Part shown: in pieces, positions 44,058 to 52,072 of the stretch
How the letters are laid out: every line of letters begins with the position of its first letter
Numbering within the stretch: position 1 is the first letter of the stretch
DNA from: Actinomycetota bacterium
Lineage (GTDB): Bacteria > Actinomycetota > Thermoleophilia > Gaiellales > Gaiellaceae
Length of the DNA stretch: 64,000 nucleotides
Reading direction: 5' to 3'
Assembly (NCBI GenBank): GCA_046724565.1
Contig: JBKOWS010000055.1
Span: 34,051 to 98,050, forward strand
Made by a program: the position numbers and the translations under genes
Notes under the pieces: generated by a model
What the model saw: only the letters and a program-made list of their open reading frames with translations
Databases searched by the model: none
What the model was told of the DNA's origin: nothing

Positions 44058-45022
44058 ACACTCGACGCGGCCTGGCGCGCTCGAGGCTCGGAGCCCGAGG
44101 CCGCGGTCGCGTAGACCGCGGCGAATCCTTGCCGCCAGCTCGGGTAGCGCAGAGTCCAGCCGAGCTCACGCTTTGCCTTTGCGTTCGAGGCGCCCCGCGA
44201 CTCGGTTCCCATCATCACCGCGCCTGCGCCGGCGAACAGGCGCGCGAGCCAGACGGGGAAGTGACGGGGCCGCTTTGCTCCGAGCGCAGCGGCGAGTACC
44301 GGAAGCCACTCGCGCACCGGAGCGGGCTCGTCGTCGACGATGTTGTAAATCGCAGGACCGTCGTGTTCGAGCGCGAGGGCGGTCGCTGCGGCTGCATCGT
44401 CGAGGTGGATGAACGAGAAGACGCCGCCGCCGCCGCCGACGATCGGGAACTGTCGCTTGCGCACGGGCGGGACCAGGCCGTCATTGTCAGCGCCGTAGAA
44501 GCCGCCGTAGCGAAGCGCAATCCCGCCGGCAGCGGTGACCGCCTCGTCGAGATACCGCATCGCCGCGTTCGTCTCCTCGGTGCCTGCCACCGGACGCGGG
44601 TCGAGCGGATCATCCTCCGTTTTGACCGGTCCTCCCTCGCGGGCGTACCGCATGCTGGCGAAGCTCTGGGCCACGAACCGGGTGACGCCCGCTTCCTTTG
44701 CGGCGGCGAGAAGGGCGTCGGTGCCCTCCCGTCGGAGCCGGTTCGTCTCGGCAAAGCTGCGATCCAGGTTCCGGGAAAAGCGCACATTCGCGAGAGCAGT
44801 TGCTTGATGGATGATCGCGTCGGGCTCCGCCTGGAGAACAGCCTTCCTGACGGCGCGCGCGTCGAGCAGATCGAGCGCGATCGGATCGGCGCCGAGTGCG
44901 CGCACCCGGTCAGCGTTTCCAGGTGACCTGAAGGTGCCGGTCACCTCGTGCCCTTGCGCGACCAACTGGGGAACGAGGCGGATGCCGATCGCACCGCTCG
45001 CCCCCGCGACGAAGACTTTCAT
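44054..45022 (-). CDS. NAD-dependent epimerase/dehydratase (extended SDR) family protein
   Basis: MKVFVAGASGAIGIRLVPQLVAQGHEVTG Rossmann motif. Confidence 0.85.
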   Translation of the reverse strand: MKVFVAGASGAIGIRLVPQLVAQGHEVTGTFRSPGNADRVRALGADPIALDLLDARAVRKAVLQAEPDAIIHQATALANVRFSRNLDRSFAETNRLRREGTDALLAAAKEAGVTRFVAQSFASMRYAREGGPVKTEDDPLDPRPVAGTEETNAAMRYLDEAVTAAGGIALRYGGFYGADNDGLVPPVRKRQFPIVGGGGGVFSFIHLDDAAAATALALEHDGPAIYNIVDDEPAPVREWLPVLAAALGAKRPRHFPVWLARLFAGAGAVMMGTESRGASNAKAKRELGWTLRYPSWRQGFAAVYATAASGSEPRARQAASSV

Positions 45023-45037
45023 CGCCTTTCTCCTTTC

Positions 45038-45063
45038 GTCACATCAGTAGGACTTCTCGGGTC
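45038..45063 (+). promoter_or_regulatory. ECF41-type promoter candidate GTCACA-16 nt-GGTC directed at the sigma factor gene
   Basis: cGTCACAtcagtaggacttctcgGGTC. It mirrors an almost identical element on the other strand. Confidence 0.45.
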
Positions 45064-45072
45064 TACTTGTCT

Positions 45073-45098
45073 GACCCGACAGATCGAAGGGATGTGAC
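45073..45098 (-). promoter_or_regulatory. ECF41-type promoter candidate GTCACA-16 nt-GGTC directed at the epimerase gene
   Basis: Minus strand reads gGTCACAtcccttcgatctgtcgGGTC. Confidence 0.45.
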
Positions 45099-45100
45099 CG

Positions 45101-45979
45101 ATGAACGAGCGCGACTGGATGGCGGAACGATTCGAGGACCATCGAACTCGCATGCGTGCCGTCGCCTACCGGATGCTCGGCTCGCTGAGCGAGGCGGACG
45201 ACGCCGTCCAGGAAGCTTGGCTGCGGTTCAGCCGCACTGACACCAGCGACGTCGAGAACCTCGGTGCCTGGCTGACGACTGTGGTCGCGCGGGTCTCACT
45301 GAACATGCTCCGCTCGCGGAAGGCGCGGCGGGAGGAGCCGACCGGCATGCGTTTGCCCGAGCCGATCATCGATCGCCCTGACGCGATCGATCCGGAGCAC
45401 GAGGCGCTGCTTGCGGATTCGGTGGGGCTGGCGCTCCTCGTCGTACTCGAACGGCTGTCTCCGGCCGAGCGACTTGCGTTCGTGCTGCACGACATCTTCG
45501 CCATGCCCTTCGACGAGATCGCGTCGATCATCGACCGCTCGCCCGAGGCGGCACGCCAGCTCGCGAGCCGCGCACGGCGGCGCGTGCAGAGCGAGAACGC
45601 CGTTCCCGATGCCGACCTCGACACCCAGCGCCGAGTCGTCGACGCCTTTCTCTCCGCTGCCAGGGAGGGCGACTTCGAGGCCCTACTCGAAGTGCTAGAC
45701 CCGGACGTCGTGCTGCGTGCGGACTTCGGTCCGGCGGGCGGATCGAGGGAGGTCCGCGGGGCGAGGGCGGTCGTCGGGCAAGCACTGTTCTACTCGCGGC
45801 AGGAACTCGTGATGCACCCGGCGCTCGTCAACGGTGCTGTCGGAGCCGTGGTCACCCGTGGCGGAGAGCGGTTCTCCGTCGCCGCGGTCACCGTAAGAGG
45901 CGGGAAGATCGTCGAGCTCGACTTCTTCTCCGACCCGGATCGGCTCGCGCAACTCGACTTGACGATTCTCGACGGGTGA
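45101..45979 (+). CDS. ECF sigma factor with fused C-terminal SnoaL/NTF2-like domain (SigJ/ECF41-like)
   Basis: AYRMLGSLSEADDAVQEAWLRF, AWLTTVVARVSLNMLRSRKARREEP, PAERLAFVLHDIFAMPFDEIASII, then about 100 aa of NTF2-like sequence (VVDAFLSAAREGDFEALLEVLDPDVVL...). Confidence 0.85.
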   Translation: MNERDWMAERFEDHRTRMRAVAYRMLGSLSEADDAVQEAWLRFSRTDTSDVENLGAWLTTVVARVSLNMLRSRKARREEPTGMRLPEPIIDRPDAIDPEHEALLADSVGLALLVVLERLSPAERLAFVLHDIFAMPFDEIASIIDRSPEAARQLASRARRRVQSENAVPDADLDTQRRVVDAFLSAAREGDFEALLEVLDPDVVLRADFGPAGGSREVRGARAVVGQALFYSRQELVMHPALVNGAVGAVVTRGGERFSVAAVTVRGGKIVELDFFSDPDRLAQLDLTILDG

Positions 45980-46324
45980 GTGGATAAGGTGTCTCACGTG
46001 GACCCCGATCGCGCACGCGAGCTACTTGCCGCAGAGCGCGCACGGATCGAGCGCGGGCTCGCCGGGCTCGCTCACGAGGACGACGACAGTACCGCCGACC
46101 AGGATGATCCTGGGAATACCGGCTCCGATCTCTACGAAGACGAGCTCGACGAAGGGTTGAGCGACGACCTTCGGGAGCAACTGGCAGCGGTCGAGCGTGC
46201 GGAGGCGCGTCTCGATGCCGGAACCTACGGCGTCTCCGTTCTCAGCGGACAGCCCATTCCGGATGAGCGACTGGAAGCGGTGCCGACGGCCGAGCTCACC
46301 GTCGAGGAAGAGCGCCCCCGTTAG
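45980..46324 (+). CDS. DksA/TraR-like protein lacking all four zinc-finger cysteines
   Basis: Coiled-coil N-terminus, then ERAEARLDAGTYGVSVLSGQPIPDERLEAVPTAELTVEE, compared with canonical GTYGxCxxCGxxI...P.A..C..C. The exact start among several GTGs is uncertain. Confidence 0.6.
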   Translation: MDKVSHVDPDRARELLAAERARIERGLAGLAHEDDDSTADQDDPGNTGSDLYEDELDEGLSDDLREQLAAVERAEARLDAGTYGVSVLSGQPIPDERLEAVPTAELTVEEERPR

Positions 46325-46409
46325 GGCGGCTCGAAGCGCCAAGTCTCATAGCAAGCCGGCCGCGCCTTCGCGCCTTTCGAGCCTGGGGTGACCGGGTGAT
46401 CGATCGGGC

Positions 46410-46458
46410 TTGACTTGCCTACCAGGAAAGTCTACCTTTACTTTCCAACCAGGAAAGT
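46410..46458 (+). promoter_or_regulatory. Promoter TTGACT-17 nt-TACCTT overlapped by two direct ACCAGGAAAGT repeats and a central inverted ACTTTCC
   Basis: Repeats at 46421-46431 and 46448-46458, inverted half-site at 46440-46446. GAAGGAG RBS at 46459-46465. Confidence 0.45.
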
Positions 46459-46473
46459 GAAGGAGTGAGAACG

Positions 46474-46956
46474 ATGACGAACTATCCGACGGACGCAGAG
46501 GCACGCGCCGCTCTGCATGGGGCTCAGCAAGCGCGACAGCGGGTGATCGACCAGATCGGGATGCCGTGGTGGTATTGGTGGGGTCTCGCTGCCTGCTGGA
46601 TCGGTCTGGGCGTGGCGTCGGACCTCGCTGGCGCCTGGGTCTCCCTGGCGGCGACGCTCACTTTCGGCGCGGTCCACTCATACGTCTCGTCGCGGCTGCT
46701 CGCAGGCCGACAGCGCACGGGCGAGGTCAAGGTCCGGGCCGACGTGGCGGGGCGACGGGCCCCTCTACTCGTCCTTGGCTTTCTGATCGGGCTCGGTGTG
46801 GTGACGGTCGCCGCCGCGCTCCTGGCCTACGCCGACGGCGCCGAGCATCCCGCCACCATGGCGAGTGTCCTCGTCGCGCTCGCGATTCTCCTCGGCGGGC
46901 CGCGCATGATGGCCTCTATTCGCTCCGATGCGACGCATCGGGCGGCAGCGGGATGA
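46474..46956 (+). CDS. Hypothetical membrane protein
   Basis: ATG 46474 lies 8 nt after GAAGGAG. Four hydrophobic segments. ATGA overlap with the next gene. Confidence 0.55.
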   Translation: MTNYPTDAEARAALHGAQQARQRVIDQIGMPWWYWWGLAACWIGLGVASDLAGAWVSLAATLTFGAVHSYVSSRLLAGRQRTGEVKVRADVAGRRAPLLVLGFLIGLGVVTVAAALLAYADGAEHPATMASVLVALAILLGGPRMMASIRSDATHRAAAG

Positions 46957-47258
46957 ACGACGGCGCGAGATTCGACGAGCTTATCCATCCGGCCACGAGA
47001 CTGTCGATCGTGGCCTTGCTGGCGGCGGCAGACTGGGCCGAGTTCGCCTTCATCCGCGACCAGCTTGGGCTCTCCGACTCGGCGCTCTCCAAGCAACTAA
47101 CAACGCTCGAGGAGGCCGGTTACGTCGTGATCGAGCGACCGCTGAGCGAGCGGCGCCGCCGTGTGCGAGCACGGCTGACGCCCTTAGGCCGGAAACGGTT
47201 CGCGGGCCACGTCGCGGCGCTTCGAGGGATCCTCGCCACTTCGGTGCCCGAGACCTGA
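46953..47258 (+). CDS. Winged-helix (MarR-like, HTH_34-type) transcriptional regulator
   Basis: FDELIHPATRLSIVALLAAADWAEFAFIRDQLGLSDSALSKQLTTLEEAGYVVIER. Confidence 0.7.
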   Translation: MNDGARFDELIHPATRLSIVALLAAADWAEFAFIRDQLGLSDSALSKQLTTLEEAGYVVIERPLSERRRRVRARLTPLGRKRFAGHVAALRGILATSVPET

Positions 47259-47261
47259 GTG

Positions 47262-48797
47262 TCAGGCGGATGACGCTGGCGCGGGCGCGGCTGTCTGGGC
47301 CGCGCGCCCGCGAACGAGTACCGCGGCCGCGAGCGAGCCGACGAAGACCGTCGCGGCCGCAACCACCAGCACCAGACGGAAGCCGCTGACGAACGCGACG
47401 TTCGCCGCATGCACAAGCGTCTGATTGCCGCCGGCAGCGCGTAGGCCCGAAGAGGTCACCGCTTCGGCGAAGCCTCCGCGGTGGACTCCTTCCGACGCCA
47501 GCCGCGTGCCGACATGCTGTTCCAGGATTGCGCCGAGCGCCGCGACGCCCACCGCGAGACCGCCGACGCGGCACGTGTTGCTGATGCCGGAAGCCATCCC
47601 TGTGCGAGCCGGATCGACGACGCGAAGGGCTGCGGCTGCAATGGTCGGATTGGCTAGGCCGATACCCAACCCGCAGACGATGAAGCCCGGTAGCAGCCTC
47701 GTCCAATCCGAGCCCACGGAGATGGTCGCCATCAACAGGACGCCGGCAGCGACTATCGCCAGGCTGCCGGCCAGCAGAGCCCACATCGGTGCCCCGGTCG
47801 CGAGCCTGCGGGTCACGAGGGGGACGAGAAAGACGAACGCCGTGAGCGGAAGGAAACGGACGCCCGCGCCCAGAGGCGAGTTGCCCTCGATGTCCTGGAG
47901 GTAGATCGAAAGGAAGGGGATGAGGGCGAACATGCCGGCCCCGAGGCAGAACGTCGCGATTTGCACGCCGAGGAACATCGGCCGGCGGAAGAGCGAGATA
48001 TCGAGCATGGGCCGTTCCTGACGCGCTTCGATCACGACGAAGGCGATGACCAGCGCGAACCCGCCGATGAGGGAGCCGAGGATCTGACCGCTCGTCCACC
48101 CGGCGCCGTTGCCGCGGAGGAGCGCGAAGACGATGAGGAAGAGCGATGCCGCAAGCGTCGCCAGACCTGCAACGTCCGTGCGACGTGCGTGCGCGTCGCG
48201 CGACTCACGCACCCTCGTCAACGCAATCCAGGCCGCCGCCGCGCCGATCGGAACGTTGACGAAGAAGATCCACCTCCAGCCGAACGCGTCGGTGAGGATC
48301 CCGCCCAGCAGCGGTCCCGATGCGACCGCAAGCCCCACGGTCGAGCCCCAGATCGCAATCGCCCGGGTTCGGGCCAGGCCGTCGTATTCGGCGCCGATGA
48401 GGGCGAGCGCGGTGGCGAACAAGGCGGCGCCGCCGATCCCTTGCACCGCGCGAGCTGCATCCAGCGACGCGATGTTCCAGGCAATGCCACAGAGGAACGA
48501 CGCGATGCTGAAGACGATGATGCCGCTCGCGAAAATGAGACGCCGCCCGTAGCGGTCCGCGAGTGCCCCGGCAGTGAGGATGAGCGCCGCAAGGGTCAGC
48601 GCGTAGGCATCGACCACCCATTGCAGGCCGGTCAGGCTCGCGTCGAGCCGACGCTGGATCGACGGCAGCGCGACGTTGACGATCGTGATGTCCACGAGCA
48701 GCATGAACGTCGTGGCGCACACTGCGATCAGCGTCCACCGTTGCGTGCGGCGTTCCCGCGATGGCTGTTCGGTGACTTCGGTCGGCCCAGTGGTCAT
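47262..48797 (-). CDS. DHA2 (EmrB/QacA)-family MFS efflux transporter
   Basis: LIAVCATTFMLLVDITIVNVALPSI, GALADRYGRR, FGWRWIFFVNVPIG; 14 TM. Confidence 0.85.
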   Translation of the reverse strand: MTTGPTEVTEQPSRERRTQRWTLIAVCATTFMLLVDITIVNVALPSIQRRLDASLTGLQWVVDAYALTLAALILTAGALADRYGRRLIFASGIIVFSIASFLCGIAWNIASLDAARAVQGIGGAALFATALALIGAEYDGLARTRAIAIWGSTVGLAVASGPLLGGILTDAFGWRWIFFVNVPIGAAAAWIALTRVRESRDAHARRTDVAGLATLAASLFLIVFALLRGNGAGWTSGQILGSLIGGFALVIAFVVIEARQERPMLDISLFRRPMFLGVQIATFCLGAGMFALIPFLSIYLQDIEGNSPLGAGVRFLPLTAFVFLVPLVTRRLATGAPMWALLAGSLAIVAAGVLLMATISVGSDWTRLLPGFIVCGLGIGLANPTIAAAALRVVDPARTGMASGISNTCRVGGLAVGVAALGAILEQHVGTRLASEGVHRGGFAEAVTSSGLRAAGGNQTLVHAANVAFVSGFRLVLVVAAATVFVGSLAAAVLVRGRAAQTAAPAPASSA

Positions 48798-48847
48798 TTC
48801 GGGTGGCGGAGGCTACCAGCCGCGCCCCTCCGGGTGAGGATGCCGAC

Positions 48848-49513
48848 GTGACCCCAAACAACGAGGTCGCCCCAGGGCTTTGGCGGTTCACGGTGGGCCG
48901 GAACGGCGTCCCGCCGACGATGACCGCGTACGCGCTGCGTGAAGGCGAGGACACGATCCTGGTCGATCCGCTCGTCGCGGGCGAACCCGAGCCATTCCTC
49001 GCCGTGCTCGATGGGATTGTGCGCGGACGCGTGCGCATCCTCGTCACCACGCCGTTCCACGTACGGGACTCCGAGCTTCTGTGGCGCCGCCTGCGCAATC
49101 GGCACGAGATCACGATCTTCGGGCACGAGCACTGCGCTACACGGCTCGACGACCGTTCAGCATTCCGGCCGCTGCGCGGCGGTGAGACGCTCGACGGCGG
49201 AGTGCGTGCCCACCCGATCGGACAGCCGCGACGCGCCGAGATCCCGTATGAGCTGCCCTCGCACCGCGCCCTGGCGTTCGGCGACAGCGTGCTCGAGGTG
49301 GACGGGGAGCTCCGGGTCTGGCCGAGGCAACGCGACCTCGACCGTCGCCGCATCTGGTACGAGCAGCGCTTCCTGCCGACACTCGACCGGCTAACACGTC
49401 TCGATGTCGAGCGTGTGCTCGTCACGCACGGCGAGCCTGTGCTACGCCATGGCTCTCGCGCGCTGGCCGCGGCCCTGGCACGGGCCCCGTGGCAGAGGTC
49501 GTCTTTCTATTGA
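48848..49513 (+). CDS. MBL-fold-like hydrolase-family protein with a degenerate metal motif
   Basis: GTG 48848 after GGTGAGGA. AYALREGEDTILVDPL...ILVTTPFHVRD...VLVTHGEP. The canonical HxHxDH motif is not intact. Confidence 0.5.
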   Translation: MTPNNEVAPGLWRFTVGRNGVPPTMTAYALREGEDTILVDPLVAGEPEPFLAVLDGIVRGRVRILVTTPFHVRDSELLWRRLRNRHEITIFGHEHCATRLDDRSAFRPLRGGETLDGGVRAHPIGQPRRAEIPYELPSHRALAFGDSVLEVDGELRVWPRQRDLDRRRIWYEQRFLPTLDRLTRLDVERVLVTHGEPVLRHGSRALAAALARAPWQRSSFY

Positions 49514-49815
49514 AAGGAGAACGCCAAGGTCGGGTCTAAGGAGGTCACTGCGTACTTGCCCCGCCAGGTCAGCCGGACGGCCGCCCATTCGCCGTCCGCA
49601 ACCACGGCCTCGATGGTGTGTGCGGCAGGGAATCCGGCGGCGAAGGCGGTCACCACAGCTTTGAAGCCTTCGCGATCGACTGGTCCCGAGCCGGGAAGGT
49701 GCGTGGTGAAAGCCCGCGTCACGATGTCGTCAACGCGCTCCGGCTCGGCGTCTCTGGCAGCGATCGCATCCACGACGGCGTAGAACTTCTCGACAATCTG
49801 GTTGTTAGAAGCCAT
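49507..49815 (-). CDS. SnoaL-like/ester-cyclase-fold protein, possibly 3'-truncated
   Basis: NNQIVEKFYAVVDAI...FTTHLPGSGPVDREGFKAVVTAFAAGFP...RLTWRGK, ending about 30 residues earlier than is typical. Confidence 0.55.
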   Translation of the reverse strand: MASNNQIVEKFYAVVDAIAARDAEPERVDDIVTRAFTTHLPGSGPVDREGFKAVVTAFAAGFPAAHTIEAVVADGEWAAVRLTWRGKYAVTSLDPTLAFSFQ

Positions 49816-49845
49816 TGCGATTCCCCCCGACCATCGCTCACCGTC

Positions 49846-50211
49846 CTAGGCAGGGCCTTTGAGCAGTCCCACCATGTTTCCCTCGGGGTCCTCGAATCGC
49901 CCGAGCTCGACTCCAGTCTGGATCTCCGACGGCCCCATGAGGCGCTTCCCGCCGAGCTTCTCCGCCTGCGCGAGCCCTGCTTCGACGTCAGGAACTTCCA
50001 CGTAGAAGGTCAAGTGTCCCGACATGCCGTCGGCTATGTCCCCTATGCCGCCGCCGATCCCGACGCCTTCGAAGTTCGTCTCCCGCCGGACCGTGCCGTA
50101 GCCGAGCGGATTGTCCGCGTCGATTGTCCAGCCGAACAGCTCGGCGTAGAAGCTGCGCAGTTTCTCGCCGTCAGTGCTCATTACTTCGAAATGGATTACC
50201 GGGTTACCCAT
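49846..50211 (-). CDS. VOC/glyoxalase-family protein
   Basis: VIHFEVMSTDGEKLRSFYAELFGW...FEDPEGNMVGL. Confidence 0.8.
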   Translation of the reverse strand: MGNPVIHFEVMSTDGEKLRSFYAELFGWTIDADNPLGYGTVRRETNFEGVGIGGGIGDIADGMSGHLTFYVEVPDVEAGLAQAEKLGGKRLMGPSEIQTGVELGRFEDPEGNMVGLLKGPA

Positions 50212-50359
50212 GTGCTCTCCTTTCCGCGCATGGCGCTCAACTTGCCGACGAATGCCAATGCTGCCCGCGCCCTGTGCGCGAGTCGATTACCTCTGGGGTA
50301 AGACGGATCTACGGGCCGCGCTGGTCGCCAACGCAACAGGCGGCGTTTAGGGTCCGAGC

Positions 50360-51175
50360 ATGGCCCTCCGCGAGGGTGCACCATCTGCGGGCACGCTGCT
50401 ACGAGAATGGCGGCAGCGGCGCAAACTCAGCCAGCTCGAGCTTGCGTTGCGATCGGCGGTATCGGCGCGGCATCTCAGTTTCATCGAGACCGGGCGGGCG
50501 CAGCCGAGTCGCGAGATGGTCCTCCATCTGGCCGAGCGCCTCGACGTTCCTCTGCGTGACCGCAACCGCTTGCTCCTCGCGGCCGGCTTCGCCCCGGTTT
50601 TCGGCGAGCGCTCACTCGACGAGGGCGAGATGGCACCGGTACGTGAGGCGCTCGAGCGCTTCCTGGCCGCGCACGAGCCCTATCCGGCTGTGGTTGTGGA
50701 CCGTCACTGGAACGTCGTCGCCTCGAACCGCGGCGTCGCCTACCTCATGCGCGGCGTAGCCGCCGAGCTTCGCGGGCCGCCTGCGAACGCGCTCCGGATC
50801 GCCTTACACCCGGACGGCCTCGGGTCCCGGATCTCCAATCTCGCCGACTGGAGCGGTTACCTGCTCGCGCGGCTCCACCGGGAGATCGAAGCGACAGGCG
50901 ATCCGGGTCTCGAATCCCTCTACGAGGAGCTGGCCGCCTACCCGGGAGTGGCCAAAATGGCCGAGCGCGCGGACGCGCCGACGCCAAACGAGATCATGCT
51001 CAAGCACGAGCTCCGGGTCGATGACGAAGACCTCGCGCTCTTTTGCACCTTCACCACCTTCGGAACCGCGCGCGACCTCACACTCGCCGAGCTCACCATC
51101 GCGGCGTTTTACCCGGCCGATCCGGAAACCGCGGTTGCGCTCACCATTGGCGTTGGCGAAGCCCCGACCGACTAG
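50360..51175 (+). CDS. XRE-family HTH regulator with an MmyB-like ligand-binding domain
   Basis: LREWRQRRKLSQLELALRSAVSARHLSFIETGRAQPSREMV...PYPAVVVDRHWNVVASN. Confidence 0.8.
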   Translation: MALREGAPSAGTLLREWRQRRKLSQLELALRSAVSARHLSFIETGRAQPSREMVLHLAERLDVPLRDRNRLLLAAGFAPVFGERSLDEGEMAPVREALERFLAAHEPYPAVVVDRHWNVVASNRGVAYLMRGVAAELRGPPANALRIALHPDGLGSRISNLADWSGYLLARLHREIEATGDPGLESLYEELAAYPGVAKMAERADAPTPNEIMLKHELRVDDEDLALFCTFTTFGTARDLTLAELTIAAFYPADPETAVALTIGVGEAPTD

Positions 51176-51315
51176 CGGCAGTCTTTACCGTATTACCTCT
51201 CACGTAATCGACGCACGCCGGCACCTACGGGCATCGTCGCCGGAATAACGCGGCAACACGGCTAAGGAGACCGCTAGAAGCTCGTTCGTCGTCATCTCGA
51301 GGAAGGAGGGGTGGA

Positions 51316-51908
51316 ATGAGCAGGTTGAAGGTGAACATCACGATGTCGCTCGACGGGTTCGTCGCGGGTCCGAAACCAGAGCGAAAGTGACCGCTCGGCG
51401 TTGGGGAATGCAGCTGCACGAATGGCTCGTTTCGCTGGAGGCGTTCCGTGAGACGCACGGCGAAGAAGGCGGCGACGTCAATGCGAGCACGCCGTTCGCA
51501 GAGGAGATCCTCGGCGACGCCGGCGCGACCATCATGGGTCGGAACATGTTCGGCGGCGGACCGGGGCCCTGGGGAGAGCACCCCTGGAAGGGCTTCTGGG
51601 GCGACGATCCCCCGTTTCACCATCCGGTCTTCGTCCTGACCCGCTTCCCCCGCGAGCCGCTCGAGCTCCAGGGCGGAACGACGTTCTACTTCGTCACCGA
51701 GGGCATCGAGTCGGCGCTGGAGCAGGCCAGAACCGCGGCCGGTGGAAAGGACGTCTCGCTCGGCGGCGGGGCAAACGTCGTGCAGCAGTATCTCGCCGCC
51801 GGCCTCCTTGACGAGATCGTCGTCTCCCTGATGCCGATCCTTCTGGGCGGTGGCGCGCGGCTGTTCGACAACCTCGGCGATTCGAGGCCTAGTCTTCGCC
51901 AGGTTTAG
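51316..51908 (+). pseudogene. RibD_C/DHFR-family gene with a disrupted 5' region (in-frame TGA plus frameshift), or an assembly artefact
   Basis: ATG 51316 (GGAGG RBS) gives MSRLKVNITMSLDGFVAGPKPERK-TGA-PLGVG. The remainder (MQLHEWL...GRNMFGGGPGPWG...HHPVFVLT...GGGANVVQQYLAAGLLDEIVVSLMPILLGGG) is in the frame of ORF 51387..51908. Confidence 0.6.
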
Positions 51909-52072
51909 GCGGTCGAAGCGCCCGGAGTGACTCATATCCGGTACGCCCCTGCGTAGAGATCAGCGCGCACGTCACGGCAGATTCGACGGTCTCGAACTAG
52001 CTGCGCAAGCGGCGGCTAGCACCCGACGATGCCCCGCCGCCGCGCCCCCTCGCTCGGGATACGGTTGGCTCA

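Noticed and set aside
47050-48099. 349-aa minus-strand ORF and similar long R/P-rich ORFs overlapping MFS genes
   Set aside because: These are alternative frames of the DHA2 transporter gene, whose own frame shows canonical MFS motifs and 14 TM helices.
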